This document shows positions 12,150 through 23,310 of a stretch of DNA of 64,000 bases, in pieces. A program made the position numbers and the translations under genes. This DNA comes from Prochlorococcus sp. AG-355-J09 (GTDB lineage Bacteria > Cyanobacteriota > Cyanobacteriia > PCC-6307 > Cyanobiaceae): the NCBI GenBank assembly GCA_003278735.1, contig QCDO01000009.1, forward strand, positions 1,060-65,059, read 5' to 3'. Position 1 is the stretch's first letter; each line of letters opens with the position of its first letter. Below the pieces are notes generated by a model. It was not told the origin of the DNA. It saw nothing but the letters and a program-made list of their open reading frames with translations, and ran no database searches.

Positions 12150-12773
12150 TTAGGACTTGTTAAGAAAGTTTTCTTTTTTAAGGTACTTAATAATTTTTTC
12201 AACGGAATCATTTAAATCTAACGAACCTGTATCAACAACAATTTCGGGATCAAGAGGAGCTTCATATGGACTAGAAATCCCTGTGAATTCCTTAATTTCA
12301 CCCAAACGAGCTTTCTTATAAAGACCTTTAGTATCCCTATTTTCGCAAACTGTTATATCAGCAGCACAATAAACTTCAATAAAATCCTTAGATCCAATAA
12401 TTTTTCTCACCTTATCTCTATCGCTAATAAATGGCGAAACGAATGCTGTAATAGTGATTATCCCAGCATTCATAAATAAATTCGCAACTTCGCCAATTCT
12501 TCTTATATTTTCTTCTCTATCTTCATCCGAAAAACCAAGATCTCTACACAAACCGTGTCTAATATTATCTCCATCCAACACATAAGTCGAAAAACCATCT
12601 AAGTGTAAAACTTCATTTAAAGCGTTAGCCAAAGTACTTTTACCAGAACCAGATAAACCTGTAAACCAGATAACCATACCTTTATGACCTCTCATTTTCT
12701 CTAACTTTTCTCTATCAATTGTTAAGTTGTGCCACTTTATATTGGTTGACTTTGTTTGATTTTGTTCTTTCAT
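12150..12773 (-). CDS. cysC: Adenylyl-sulfate kinase
   Basis: WFTGLSGSGKST, LDGDNIRHGL, FTGISSPYE. Confidence 0.97.
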   Translation of the reverse strand: MKEQNQTKSTNIKWHNLTIDREKLEKMRGHKGMVIWFTGLSGSGKSTLANALNEVLHLDGFSTYVLDGDNIRHGLCRDLGFSDEDREENIRRIGEVANLFMNAGIITITAFVSPFISDRDKVRKIIGSKDFIEVYCAADITVCENRDTKGLYKKARLGEIKEFTGISSPYEAPLDPEIVVDTGSLDLNDSVEKIIKYLKKENFLNKS

Positions 12774-12814
12774 TTTTTACTTCATCAAAATTAAAACCTA
12801 TCCTAACCCTTGCT

Positions 12815-13126
12815 TCATAAATTATGAAATCCCTCTTTACGAAGAAACTCAATTGATTTCGATACCATATCACCCTGTAACTGGATATTTCTATCAATTA
12901 ATATTCCTCCAGTCCCACAAAAAACTTTAATTTTTTTTAGTAATTCTTTTAATAAGATTTCATCCTCAGTTCCAAAACCTTTAATTAAAGTTATAGTCTT
13001 GCCCTTTTTACCTTTTTTTTGTTTTGAAATAATTATTTTTGTTCTTTTATTAAAGGTATCTACCTTAGCTGTTTCTTCAAATTTCTTTTCTTGATTATCA
13101 AATTCGATCCAATTCTTTTTTCCCAT
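12815..13126 (-). CDS. Translation initiation factor SUI1/YciH-like protein
   Basis: KGKKGKTIT, CGTGG and IQLQGD motifs. Confidence 0.85.
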   Translation of the reverse strand: MGKKNWIEFDNQEKKFEETAKVDTFNKRTKIIISKQKKGKKGKTITLIKGFGTEDEILLKELLKKIKVFCGTGGILIDRNIQLQGDMVSKSIEFLRKEGFHNL

Positions 13127-13174
13127 TATTTTAAATATAATCTATAGTTAGTTAATACTTATTCTATAGAAAAA

Positions 13175-14419
13175 GTGGTAAGTACATTTTCTCGCAAAGA
13201 TCAAAACTATAAAAATGACGATTTAAATCAACCCTCCAAAGAGGGAAGATTTGGAAAATATGGTGGTCAATATGTTCCTGAAACGCTAATGCCCGCTCTT
13301 TTTGAGCTTGAAGACGCTGTATCTAATGCATGGAAAGATAAACTTTTTGTAGAAGAATTAAATCATCTACTTAAGACTTATGTAGGAAGAGAAACACCAC
13401 TTTATGAAGCCAAAAGACTTACTGAACATTACAAAAATAAACAAGCAACTCCTAGAATATGGCTTAAAAGAGAAGATTTAAATCATACTGGGGCTCACAA
13501 AATCAATAATGCTCTTGGACAAGCTTTATTGGCAATAAGAATGGGCAAAAAAAGAATAATTGCAGAAACTGGAGCAGGTCAGCATGGAGTTGCTACGGCT
13601 ACTGTTTGTGCGAGATTTGGATTGAAATGTATTATCTACATGGGTGCTGAAGACATAAAAAGGCAATCCCTTAACGTTTTCAGAATGAAACTTTTAGGAG
13701 CTGAAGTTAAAGTTGTAAATTCTGGAACTGCAACACTTAAAGATGCTACTAGTGAGGCCATTAGAGATTGGGTTTCTAATGTCGAAACCACACACTACAT
13801 TTTAGGATCTGTTGCAGGCCCACACCCTTTCCCAAAGATTGTGCGAGATTTTCATGCAGTTATAGGTGAAGAAACTAAAAAACAATGTTGGGAATCATTT
13901 GGATCTTTGCCCGATATTTTGCTTGCTTGTGTAGGTGGAGGATCAAATGCAATGGGGCTTTTCCATCCTTTTGTTAAAGAAACTTCTGTGCGACTTATTG
14001 GAGTTGAAGCCGCAGGGCGCGGAGTTGATACTGACAAACATGCTGCTACTATCACTAAAGGGTCAGTTGGAATTTTGCATGGATCAATGAGTCTTCTCTT
14101 GCAAGATGATAATGGTCAAGTACAAGAAGCTCACTCAATAAGTGCAGGTTTAGATTACCCAGGAGTCGGACCTGAACATAGCCATTTAAAAGATATAGGT
14201 AGAGCAGAATATGGATCAGTCACAGATCAAGAAGCTTTAGACGCACTAAAACTTGTTAGTAAATTAGAAGGAATTATACCTGCACTTGAAACTTCTCATG
14301 CCTTTGCTTGGTTAGATAAATTATGCCCTACTCTTGAAAAAGATACTCATATAGTTATCAATTGCTCTGGTAGAGGCGACAAAGATGTTAATACTGTTGC
14401 ATCTTCGTTAGATATTTAA
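13175..14419 (+). CDS. trpB: Tryptophan synthase beta chain
   Basis: [31 protein letters not shown]. Confidence 0.98.
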   Translation: MVSTFSRKDQNYKNDDLNQPSKEGRFGKYGGQYVPETLMPALFELEDAVSNAWKDKLFVEELNHLLKTYVGRETPLYEAKRLTEHYKNKQATPRIWLKREDLNHTGAHKINNALGQALLAIRMGKKRIIAETGAGQHGVATATVCARFGLKCIIYMGAEDIKRQSLNVFRMKLLGAEVKVVNSGTATLKDATSEAIRDWVSNVETTHYILGSVAGPHPFPKIVRDFHAVIGEETKKQCWESFGSLPDILLACVGGGSNAMGLFHPFVKETSVRLIGVEAAGRGVDTDKHAATITKGSVGILHGSMSLLLQDDNGQVQEAHSISAGLDYPGVGPEHSHLKDIGRAEYGSVTDQEALDALKLVSKLEGIIPALETSHAFAWLDKLCPTLEKDTHIVINCSGRGDKDVNTVASSLDI

Positions 14420-14770
14420 TCAATACCTTGGGATTGATGGGTCAATATATCTACTCCATCCATCAATACCCTCCTCCAAATTCCATATTTCGCTCACAAT
14501 ATTATTATCCAAGCACCATTGAGAAAAATTATAACTTCTTATTCCTGCATGACAGGTAACTACAATTTTTCTGTCTAATAAACCAGCAAATATTTCTTCA
14601 ACATATTTAGATGTGACTTTACTAATTGGTATATGTAAAAATTCTTTTGAGAAACGAGCTATTTCAAGCTCTGACTGCTCTCTTACATCAATCAAAACTG
14701 GATCTTCTTTCTCAGAATTAAACCAATCATTGAGACTAGAAGCATTTATAGATTTTGGATAACTTCCCAA
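14420..14770 (-). CDS. Rhodanese-like domain protein
   Basis: LIDVRE, CHAGIRS, LEEGIDGW...DPSIPRY. Confidence 0.88.
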   Translation of the reverse strand: MGSYPKSINASSLNDWFNSEKEDPVLIDVREQSELEIARFSKEFLHIPISKVTSKYVEEIFAGLLDRKIVVTCHAGIRSYNFSQWCLDNNIVSEIWNLEEGIDGWSRYIDPSIPRY

Positions 14771-14853
14771 TTTATAGGATAAATTATGTGTTATTTACAA
14801 TTTAATAAATTAACTTGCAGTAGGAAGTTTATTGTTAAAAATAAAAATAAACA

Positions 14854-16320
14854 TTGATAATGAAACTTAGAATAGTAGCAATAATACTATTATTATCTTT
14901 ATTACTTTTTTTTGGTTTTAAAAAAGTTTCTGCTAATAAAAATAAGGAGCAAAGTACAAATATTGAGCAATTAAATATCTTAAGATATGTACCTAAAAAC
15001 CAAAAATTATTATTTATTTCAAATTTAGATAGTTTTCATATTGTTGATAATAATGAAAAAGATAAAAATTCAACAAACCAAGATGACTTTGTTTTAATAA
15101 AAGACTCTATATTAGATTACTTAGGTATAGATTTAGGCAAAAACAAATTAGAAGATATCTATAACAATGAACTTATAATCTCATTTTTTGAAAATAATAA
15201 AAAGCTTAAAGATGATATTTTGATTATTTTTAAAATTAAGCCAGAAAAAACAATAGACGATTTATTAAATTTGCCAAATAAAATTGATAAAATTGATGAG
15301 ATAATTTCAATTTATAGAGAAAAGAAAATAAATTTTCTCAACTATATATACCGAACCGACGATAATTATATAATTGCTTCATCAGATAAAAAATTAATAA
15401 AAAATAGTATTAACTCTAGTAATGATTTTAAAGAAAAAAAATTTCAATATCAGGGAGAACTTTTTGGACTCAAAAATCAAAAAAATATATTATTTACAAA
15501 AAAATTTGGGGAAAGTATATTTTTTGATAAAGAAATTTTTTCTAATAAAAATGAGGATATTGTAGCTACTATATTTGATTTTAAAAATAAACATTTGATT
15601 TTAAAATCATATTTACTAAATAATAAAAAAAATATTGATATTCTTACTTATAATGAGTTGTTAAATAAAGAAAATACACATAAAGATAATCCTCAAATTT
15701 CTATTTTTACTGAAATTAAGAATTTCGAAAAATATCTAAAACCTTTTATAAATAATTTTGAACTAAATTTTTTTGAAGAATTTAACCAAAATACAAATCA
15801 AAACATTTTAATTCTCAATTCAAAAAAAGATTGGCTTTTTACATTTGAAACAAATAATGAAAATCAATTTGATTTTAGTTCTTTGAAAAAACTAAAAGAT
15901 TTCAACAAATATACTTTAAAACAAAATGAAGATATTTATTCAATATACTCCAAAGATATTCTTGAAGAAAAAAACGATGCAATAAAACAATTAACTTTTG
16001 AAAATATCTATTCAATAGAATCAGGAGGTTTGCAATTCATAAGTAATTTTTTAATAGATAGTAAAAAACTAGAAACAATCTCAAAAAAATTTTTCAACCT
16101 AAAAAGTTATAAAGATAAATCTACTATTCTTTTTGCCAAAGTTGATATCAAAGATGAAAATTCCAATAAAATTGAATATTTACCTGATTTGGAAGATCTT
16201 AATTTTCTCGTTAGAAATATTTTAAAAATATCGAATGAAGAATATTTAGAAATCATAAGTCAATCTATTCCAGAAAAAAATCCAATTCTTTATACAGAAA
16301 CAAGTTTAAAAATACCTTAA
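14854..16320 (+). CDS. Hypothetical secreted or membrane-anchored protein (possibly DUF3352-like)
   Basis: 488-aa ORF with an N-terminal signal-like hydrophobic segment; very K/N/I-rich. Start may be ATG 14860. Confidence 0.65.
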   Translation: MIMKLRIVAIILLLSLLLFFGFKKVSANKNKEQSTNIEQLNILRYVPKNQKLLFISNLDSFHIVDNNEKDKNSTNQDDFVLIKDSILDYLGIDLGKNKLEDIYNNELIISFFENNKKLKDDILIIFKIKPEKTIDDLLNLPNKIDKIDEIISIYREKKINFLNYIYRTDDNYIIASSDKKLIKNSINSSNDFKEKKFQYQGELFGLKNQKNILFTKKFGESIFFDKEIFSNKNEDIVATIFDFKNKHLILKSYLLNNKKNIDILTYNELLNKENTHKDNPQISIFTEIKNFEKYLKPFINNFELNFFEEFNQNTNQNILILNSKKDWLFTFETNNENQFDFSSLKKLKDFNKYTLKQNEDIYSIYSKDILEEKNDAIKQLTFENIYSIESGGLQFISNFLIDSKKLETISKKFFNLKSYKDKSTILFAKVDIKDENSNKIEYLPDLEDLNFLVRNILKISNEEYLEIISQSIPEKNPILYTETSLKIP

Positions 16321-16444
16321 TAAAATTATTCAAATAAGCTTCAAAGACAATCATTTGAAATTTTTGTGAAGTTAATAACTTGTGGTTAATTAAAAATTAT
16401 TTTACTATCTTTAATCTATAAGTATTTGATATTGAATTAAGCAA

Positions 16445-17590
16445 TTGGACAATAAAAAACTAATTTTAAAACCAGGATTAGAAGGTGTCCCAGTGACTAA
16501 TTCATCTATCTGTGATATTGACGGCAACAAAGGTAAATTATTGTACAGAGGCTACTCCATTGAGGAACTATCCAAAAAAAGCAGTTTTTTAGAAACTGCA
16601 TACCTTTTGATTTGGGGTGAATTGCCCACAGCTATTCAACTTAGAGATTTTGAACAAGAAGTTCAGATGCATAGAAGGTTAAGTTTTAGAGTCAGAGATA
16701 TGATGAAATGTTTCCCTGCGACAGGTCATCCTATGGATGCTCTTCAATCTAGCGCGGCTTCTTTGGGGCTCTTCTATTCGCGCAGGGCAATAGATGATCC
16801 TAATTACATCTACAACGCAGTCATAAGGCTAATAGCAAAAATACCCACAATGATTGCTGCATTTCAACTTATTAGAAAAGGACAAGACCCAATTCAACCT
16901 AGAGATGATTTAACTTACTCATCAAATTTTCTTTACATGCTGACTGAAAAAGAACAAGATCCTATAGCTGCAAAAGTTTTTGATAGGTGTTTAATTCTAC
17001 ATGCTGAACATAGTTTAAACGCCAGTACATTTAGCGCTAGAGTTACTGCAAGCACTCTTACAGACCCATATGCTGTAATCGCCTCTGCAGTAGGAACCCT
17101 TGCTGGCCCATTGCATGGAGGAGCAAATGAGGATGTGATTGCAATGTTAGAAGAGATTAAAACCCCAGAAAATGCTGGGTCTTTTTTAGATAACGCAATA
17201 AAAAATAAAAGTAAGATAATGGGCTTCGGCCACAGAGAATATAAAGTCAAAGATCCAAGAGCAATAATTCTTCAAAAACTGGCAGAAGAGCTTTTCATTA
17301 GATTTGGTGCAGATGAAATGTATGATGTTGCTAAATCACTTGAGGAAGAGGCAATCCCAAGACTCGGTCCAAAGGGTATATTCCCTAACGTGGATTTTTA
17401 TTCTGGTCTTGTTTATAGAAAACTTGGAATTCCTCGTGATTTATTTACTCCAATTTTTGCCATATCTAGAGTGGCTGGTTGGTTAGCTCATTGGAGAGAG
17501 CAACTTGGAGCAAATAGAATTTTCAGACCATCGCAAATCTATACAGGTTCAGAACCAAGAGATTGGATCAGCCTAGAAAATAGAGAATAA
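16445..17590 (+). CDS. gltA: Citrate synthase
   Basis: HAEHSLNASTF, GPLHGGANE, GFGHREYK, PNVDFYSG. Confidence 0.97.
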   Translation: MDNKKLILKPGLEGVPVTNSSICDIDGNKGKLLYRGYSIEELSKKSSFLETAYLLIWGELPTAIQLRDFEQEVQMHRRLSFRVRDMMKCFPATGHPMDALQSSAASLGLFYSRRAIDDPNYIYNAVIRLIAKIPTMIAAFQLIRKGQDPIQPRDDLTYSSNFLYMLTEKEQDPIAAKVFDRCLILHAEHSLNASTFSARVTASTLTDPYAVIASAVGTLAGPLHGGANEDVIAMLEEIKTPENAGSFLDNAIKNKSKIMGFGHREYKVKDPRAIILQKLAEELFIRFGADEMYDVAKSLEEEAIPRLGPKGIFPNVDFYSGLVYRKLGIPRDLFTPIFAISRVAGWLAHWREQLGANRIFRPSQIYTGSEPRDWISLENRE

Positions 17591-17667
17591 TATTTGCAGC
17601 TTTTCAAAAAAAACACACACATATTGTTTGTGAAGAGTTAATGTATTAATTAAAGAGCATAAAAATT

Positions 17668-18786
17668 TTGGAATACGGTTTAGATCTCGAATATAGTTTT
17701 AATGAATTCTTGAAAGGTTTTGGCCTTTCCAGCGAAATCGCTCATATAATCTGGCTCCCTCTACCTATGCTTCTGGTTTTAGTAGCAGCAGTTGTTGGCG
17801 TTTTAGTAACAGTTTGGCTTGAAAGAAAAATATCTGCTGCCGCGCAACAAAGAATAGGGCCCGAATATGCAGGAGCGCTTGGCGTCCTTCAACCAATTGC
17901 AGATGGTCTTAAGTTACTTGTCAAAGAGGATATTATTCCTGCTAAAGCAGATGGAATTCTTTTCACTGCAGGACCTATATTAGTTCTTGTTCCAGTAATT
18001 CTGTCCTGGCTAATTGTCCCTTTTGGACAAAATCTTTTAATAAGTAACGTTGGTATTGGAATTTTTCTATGGATTGCTTTAAGCAGTATCCAGCCAATTG
18101 GACTTCTTATGAGCGGATATGCATCTAATAATAAATATTCTTTATTAGGAGGATTAAGAGCAGCAGCTCAATCGATAAGTTATGAAATTCCTTTAGCTTT
18201 ATCTGTACTTGCTATCGTACTAATGACAAATTCTCTAAGTACTGTTGACATTGTCAACCAACAAAGTGGTGCTGGAATTCTAAGCTGGAATATATGGAGG
18301 CAACCAGTTGGTTTTATAGTCTTTTGGATTTGTGCTCTTGCAGAATGTGAGAGACTTCCATTTGACTTACCTGAAGCTGAAGAAGAATTAGTTGCAGGAT
18401 ATCAAACTGAATATGCAGGGATGAAATTCGCATTATTCTACCTTGGTAGTTACATCAATCTAATACTTTCAGCTTTATTAGTATCAATACTTTATTTGGG
18501 AGGATGGGGTTTTCCTATACCAGTTGAATTAATAGCAAAGTTTCTAAATTTGCCCATCAATGCACCTTTTATACAAGTTTTCACTGCATCAATAGGAATT
18601 GTAATGACTGTTTTGAAAGCATATCTTTTAGTGTTCATTGCAATATTATTGCGTTGGACAACACCTAGAGTAAGAATAGATCAACTATTAGATCTAGGAT
18701 GGAAGTTTCTTCTTCCAATTTCTCTTGCTAATCTTTTGATAACTGCAGGATTAAAACTTGCTTTTCCGCAATTCTTTGGTGGTTAA
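17668..18786 (+). CDS. ndhA: NDH-1 subunit A
   Basis: [31 protein letters not shown]. Confidence 0.97.
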   Translation: MEYGLDLEYSFNEFLKGFGLSSEIAHIIWLPLPMLLVLVAAVVGVLVTVWLERKISAAAQQRIGPEYAGALGVLQPIADGLKLLVKEDIIPAKADGILFTAGPILVLVPVILSWLIVPFGQNLLISNVGIGIFLWIALSSIQPIGLLMSGYASNNKYSLLGGLRAAAQSISYEIPLALSVLAIVLMTNSLSTVDIVNQQSGAGILSWNIWRQPVGFIVFWICALAECERLPFDLPEAEEELVAGYQTEYAGMKFALFYLGSYINLILSALLVSILYLGGWGFPIPVELIAKFLNLPINAPFIQVFTASIGIVMTVLKAYLLVFIAILLRWTTPRVRIDQLLDLGWKFLLPISLANLLITAGLKLAFPQFFGG

Positions 18787-18854
18787 ATTTAAGTAAAAAT
18801 ACTTAAATTTAATATTAATCCACTAAAATAAAATAACTAAGTAAATTCTTCAAA

Positions 18855-19481
18855 ATGAAAAATTTCCTTCAACAAATAAATAGCTATATCAAAGAAGCAA
18901 TCAATGCTGGCAAATATTTATATAATGGTCTATCAGTTACTTTTGATCATCTTCGAAGAAGACCTGTTACTGTCCAATATCCCTATGAAAAATTAATACC
19001 TTCCGAAAGATATAGAGGAAGGATACACTATGAATTCGATAAATGTATTGCTTGTGAGGTTTGCGTGAGGGTATGCCCCATAAATCTACCAGTAGTTGAT
19101 TGGGTAATGAATAAAGAAACGAAAAAAAAGGAACTTAGAAATTATTCTATAGACTTTGGAGTTTGTATATTTTGCGGAAATTGTGTTGAATATTGTCCAA
19201 CTAATTGTCTATCAATGACCGAAGAATATGAATTAGCTACTTTTGACAGACACAATCTAAATTTTGATAATGTTGCGCTTGGTAGACTACCCACGAATGT
19301 TACTACAGATCCTTCAGTTAAACCTTTAAGAGAACTTGCCTATCTTCCCAAAGGTGTCATGGACCCTCATGAAATCCCAGTTTCAGATTCTAGAGTTGGT
19401 AAATTACCTGAAGAAGTCTATGATTGGATGAGACCAGAATCCAATGAAAATAAAGATAAAGTTTCTAATCCAAGCAATTAA
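18855..19481 (+). CDS. ndhI: NDH-1 subunit I
   Basis: Two 4Fe-4S motifs: [12 protein letters not shown] and [12 protein letters not shown]. Confidence 0.97.
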   Translation: MKNFLQQINSYIKEAINAGKYLYNGLSVTFDHLRRRPVTVQYPYEKLIPSERYRGRIHYEFDKCIACEVCVRVCPINLPVVDWVMNKETKKKELRNYSIDFGVCIFCGNCVEYCPTNCLSMTEEYELATFDRHNLNFDNVALGRLPTNVTTDPSVKPLRELAYLPKGVMDPHEIPVSDSRVGKLPEEVYDWMRPESNENKDKVSNPSN

Positions 19482-19494
19482 TTTCCCTTAATTT

Positions 19495-20094
19495 ATGACC
19501 ATTGCAATAACTACTCAAATTATTTGTTTTACAATATTATCCTTAGTTATCCTTATCGGAGCACTTGGCGTTGTATTGCTCGAAAGTATTGTTTATTCAG
19601 CCTTTCTTCTAGGAGGAGTTTTCATGAGTGTGGCAGGATTATATCTTCTTTTAAATGCAAGTTTTGTTGCTGCAGCACAAGTTTTAGTTTATGTGGGTGC
19701 AGTTAATGTATTAATAATCTTTGCAATAATGCTAGTCAATAAAAAAGAAGATTTAAAGCCCATCAATGATATTAAATCAAGAAGAATCATATCAACATCA
19801 ATATGTTTAACCCTGCTAATCCTTTTAATAAGAGTTGACTTGACTAATGTATGGAGTCTATCAAGTCCTCAAAACTCTATTGGAGAAGAATCAACCATCA
19901 GAATTGGTGAACATCTATTTAGTGATTATTTACTCCCATTTGAAGTAGCATCAGTTTTACTTTTAATGGCAATGATTGGAGCTATAGTTTTAGCTAGAAG
20001 AGATGTAATGAGCAAGGATATTTCTACTGGATTACCTGTAGATCAAGAGTTAATTGAAAAATCATCAGAACCATTACTTACAAATAAAAATTAA
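19495..20094 (+). CDS. ndhG: NDH-1 subunit G
   Basis: QVLVYVGAVNVL, LLPFEVASVLLL. Confidence 0.96.
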   Translation: MTIAITTQIICFTILSLVILIGALGVVLLESIVYSAFLLGGVFMSVAGLYLLLNASFVAAAQVLVYVGAVNVLIIFAIMLVNKKEDLKPINDIKSRRIISTSICLTLLILLIRVDLTNVWSLSSPQNSIGEESTIRIGEHLFSDYLLPFEVASVLLLMAMIGAIVLARRDVMSKDISTGLPVDQELIEKSSEPLLTNKN

Positions 20095-20109
20095 CCTTTC
20101 ACCTTTCTT

Positions 20110-20433
20110 ATGATGAGTTTAGAATCAATCCCTGTTCAAGCATTTTTAATAGTATCTTCAGCACTATTCTGTATTGGGATTTGGGGATTATTAAATAGCA
20201 GAAATGCAGTAAGAGTTCTTATGAGCATTGAGTTAATGCTCAATGCAGTAAATATAAATCTAATGGCGTTTTCTTCCTATGTTGATAATAATTTAATTCA
20301 AGGACAAGTTTTTACAATTTTTGTAATTACTGTTGCTGCCGCAGAAGCAGCAGTTGGATTAGCTATCTTATTATCTCTTTATAGGAATAGGGTGACTGTA
20401 GATATGGAAAGTTTTAATTTATTAAAATGGTAA
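20110..20433 (+). CDS. ndhE: NDH-1 subunit E
   Basis: LMSIELMLNAVN, AAAEAAVGLA. Confidence 0.97.
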   Translation: MMSLESIPVQAFLIVSSALFCIGIWGLLNSRNAVRVLMSIELMLNAVNINLMAFSSYVDNNLIQGQVFTIFVITVAAAEAAVGLAILLSLYRNRVTVDMESFNLLKW

Positions 20434-20442
20434 AACCACTAA

Positions 20443-21354
20443 ATGAAACTTTCATTAGTGCTTATTATATATCGTTCAGATAGTTCTAAAGCTCATGAAG
20501 CTTCTAAATTCTGTGAAGAAGTACTCAAAGCTAAAAATATAATCTCAAAAAGAATTGAAAGTGATTTTTATAAAGATGAAATTGAAAAATATTTTTGTAA
20601 TCTAGAATTACAACCAAATATTGGCATAGTTCTTGGCGGAGATGGAACCTTCCTAAAATGTGCAAATGCTTTAGCTGATTATGATATTCCTTTGTTGAGC
20701 ATTAATATTGGTGGCAATCTGGGTTTCCTTACTCAAGAAAAAGATTTTTTGTTTGACAAATCTTTTATTGAAATCCTTGAAAACAAAGAATATACAATTG
20801 ACTTTCGTAATAGATTAAATTGTAATGTTTGTATTAATGGGACTAGTTCTGAGAAAAAGATTATAAAAAGCTACGATGCTTTAAATGATTTTTATTTTAA
20901 ATCTGTTGAAGAAGACATTTCTCCCACCAACCAAATACAAATTGAAATAGATAACGAGAAGGTTAATGAATACAAAGGTGATGGATTAATCATATCTACA
21001 TCTACTGGTTCAACCGCCTACTCAATGGCCGCAGGGGGGCCAATAGTCCACCCTAGTATTGATGCAATGATAATTAACCCTATATGCCCGATGAGTTTGG
21101 CTAGCAGACCAATAGTTATACCTAATACAAGTAAGGTAATCATAAAACCAGTAAAAAAAAGTAAGGGGGAGATTAAATTATGGAGAGACGGTTCCAAATG
21201 TATGACCATTAAGGAAAATTACTATTGTGAGGTCAAAAAAGGGCAATCACCCTGCAAAATAATAAAGTTTAAAAAAAGCACAAGCTACTATAATACTCTA
21301 ATAAAAAAACTAGATTGGAAAGGTGATTTATCTCAAAAAAATTTCAAAAATTAA
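20443..21354 (+). CDS. ppnK: NAD(+) kinase
   Basis: [33 protein letters not shown]. Confidence 0.93.
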   Translation: MKLSLVLIIYRSDSSKAHEASKFCEEVLKAKNIISKRIESDFYKDEIEKYFCNLELQPNIGIVLGGDGTFLKCANALADYDIPLLSINIGGNLGFLTQEKDFLFDKSFIEILENKEYTIDFRNRLNCNVCINGTSSEKKIIKSYDALNDFYFKSVEEDISPTNQIQIEIDNEKVNEYKGDGLIISTSTGSTAYSMAAGGPIVHPSIDAMIINPICPMSLASRPIVIPNTSKVIIKPVKKSKGEIKLWRDGSKCMTIKENYYCEVKKGQSPCKIIKFKKSTSYYNTLIKKLDWKGDLSQKNFKN

Positions 21355-21828
21355 ATGGCCTTAGAGATAGAAAGAAGATTTCTTATAAAAAATAATAATT
21401 GGAAAGAATTCATAAATAAAAAAATTTATATTGAACAAGGATATTTATCCAAAAATATAGATGGCTGGATTATTAGGGTAAGGCTTATAGGCAAAAACTC
21501 TAAAATTACACTTAAAAAACATATCAAAGGTTTTACCAACTTTGAATTTGAATACTCCATTCCACGAAGCGATGCTGAAATAATAATGTTAAATCTTTCA
21601 AATACAATTAAAAAAGATAGATTCTTTCTAGAAATTGAAAAAAAATCTTGGATTATAGATTGCTTTAAAGAAAATAATTATCCACTTCAAATTGCAGAAA
21701 TTGAACTTTCTAATGAAGAAGAGGATTTATTTCTTCCATCTTTCATTGCAAAAGAAATTACTGGGCTGACCCATTACTCTAATTTCAGTCTCGCTAACAA
21801 TCCTTTTTCACATTGGAAAGAAAACTAA
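21355..21828 (+). CDS. CYTH-domain protein
   Basis: EIERRFL N-terminal motif, QGYL, AEIEL. Confidence 0.88.
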   Translation: MALEIERRFLIKNNNWKEFINKKIYIEQGYLSKNIDGWIIRVRLIGKNSKITLKKHIKGFTNFEFEYSIPRSDAEIIMLNLSNTIKKDRFFLEIEKKSWIIDCFKENNYPLQIAEIELSNEEEDLFLPSFIAKEITGLTHYSNFSLANNPFSHWKEN

Positions 21829-21914
21829 TTAACAACTTTCAAAAGTATCTAGCCAAAGAAACCACTCATCCTTTATATTTTCTTTATATTTAAGCAAAGT
21901 ATTTTTTTCTTCAG

Positions 21915-22061
21915 ATGTACGGTCTTTACGACAAAGAAGGCATATTAAGATTTGTTGATGCAGACAAGGATGTTTGTATTGCATATGCTGAACTCTTCGA
22001 ATTAGGATCTACAAATTATTGTCTAATTGATTTGGCTAATGATAAAAAAAGTAAAGGGTAA
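21915..22061 (+). CDS. Small hypothetical protein, 48 aa (not in ORF track)
   Basis: ATG 21915 to TAA 22061 reads MYGLYDKEGILRFVDADKDVCIAYAELFELGSTNYCLIDLANDKKSKG. It fills the gap and ends 2 bp from the convergent gene. Confidence 0.65.
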   Translation: MYGLYDKEGILRFVDADKDVCIAYAELFELGSTNYCLIDLANDKKSKG

Positions 22062-22063
22062 TA

Positions 22064-22342
22064 CTAATCTTGATCAGAGTCTGGAAGTGTACAACAATTA
22101 AATCCATCTCTACAAATCTTGCCGTTATCCATTGCCCAATTCAAAAGTGCTACTCTGTTTTTAGAACCAGTTTTTGTAAACATATTACTTACATGGTTAT
22201 CAACAGTTCTTTTACTAATAGTTAGTTTTACCGCAATTTCTTGATTTGTAAGCCCATCAGCTACGAGACCAATGATTTCCATCTCTCTTGCTGAGAGGCC
22301 CATCATATCAATGTTGTTTACTTCTTCTTCAACCATTTGCAT
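22064..22342 (-). CDS. pedR: Small LuxR-type redox-responsive regulator (PedR-like)
   Basis: Stand-alone LuxR HTH (LSARE...GLTNQEIA...RTVDNH) with C-terminal cysteines KICRDGFNCC. Confidence 0.8.
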   Translation of the reverse strand: MQMVEEEVNNIDMMGLSAREMEIIGLVADGLTNQEIAVKLTISKRTVDNHVSNMFTKTGSKNRVALLNWAMDNGKICRDGFNCCTLPDSDQD

Positions 22343-22419
22343 TTAAACAGTTCCTTTTTTATATTAATTAAGTTTAGCAATCTCAGTACACTTGTTAACC
22401 AACTAGGAAACAAAAGCAA

Positions 22420-23310
22420 TTGAAATCAAAACTTCAGCAGACTTTAGAAAAAAGATCTAAGGTAATAACGGCAGAGTTAATGCCGCCAAGAGGTGGAAGC
22501 CCCATAAGATCTCTTAAGATAGCACAACTTTTGAAAGATAAGGTACATGCTGTTAACATTACAGATGGAAGTAGAGCTGTAATGAGAATGTGCAGCTTGG
22601 CAATGTCCAAACTATTACTGGAAAATGGGATAGAACCAGTAATGCAAATTTCTTGCAGAGATCGTAATAAAATTGCTTTACAATCAGACATTCTTGGAGC
22701 AAATGCTTTAGGAATTAGAAACATTTTATGCATTACCGGTGATTCAGTAAAAGCTGGGGATCAACATGATGCAAAGGCCGTACACGAATTTGAGTCAGTT
22801 AGATTACTTCAACAAATTCAGGCTTTCAATAAAGGGATTGATCCTACTCTAGGAGAACTTTCAGATAAAAAAACATTTATTTTTGCAGGTGCTGCAGCTG
22901 ATCCAAATTGCAAAAATAAAAGAAGTTTAGAAAATAGAATGAGGAAGAAAAAAGAAGCTGGAGCTAGATTTATACAAACTCAAATGGTCATGGAAAAACA
23001 AAATTTAATAGAGTTTTGTGAAAAAATTAGCAATCCTCTCGAAGTTCCTGTAATTGCAGGTGTGTTCCTATTAAAGTCTTACAAAAATGCTCTCTTTATA
23101 AACAAATACGTACCAGGTGCAAACATCCCTGAAAAAATCTTATATCGTCTTAAAGATGCTAAAGAGCCTTTACAAGAAGGTATTGAAATTGCAGCTGAAC
23201 AAGCTCATGATTTTATGAATATCGCAAATGGTGTTCATCTAATGGCCGTAAATGCAGAGCATTTAATTCCTGAGATTATTAAAAAAGCTAATATTAGTCT
23301 GGAATATTAA
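22420..23310 (+). CDS. metF: Methylenetetrahydrofolate reductase
   Basis: CRDRNKIALQS, CITGD, GARFIQTQ, GVHLM. Confidence 0.92.
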   Translation: MKSKLQQTLEKRSKVITAELMPPRGGSPIRSLKIAQLLKDKVHAVNITDGSRAVMRMCSLAMSKLLLENGIEPVMQISCRDRNKIALQSDILGANALGIRNILCITGDSVKAGDQHDAKAVHEFESVRLLQQIQAFNKGIDPTLGELSDKKTFIFAGAAADPNCKNKRSLENRMRKKKEAGARFIQTQMVMEKQNLIEFCEKISNPLEVPVIAGVFLLKSYKNALFINKYVPGANIPEKILYRLKDAKEPLQEGIEIAAEQAHDFMNIANGVHLMAVNAEHLIPEIIKKANISLEY

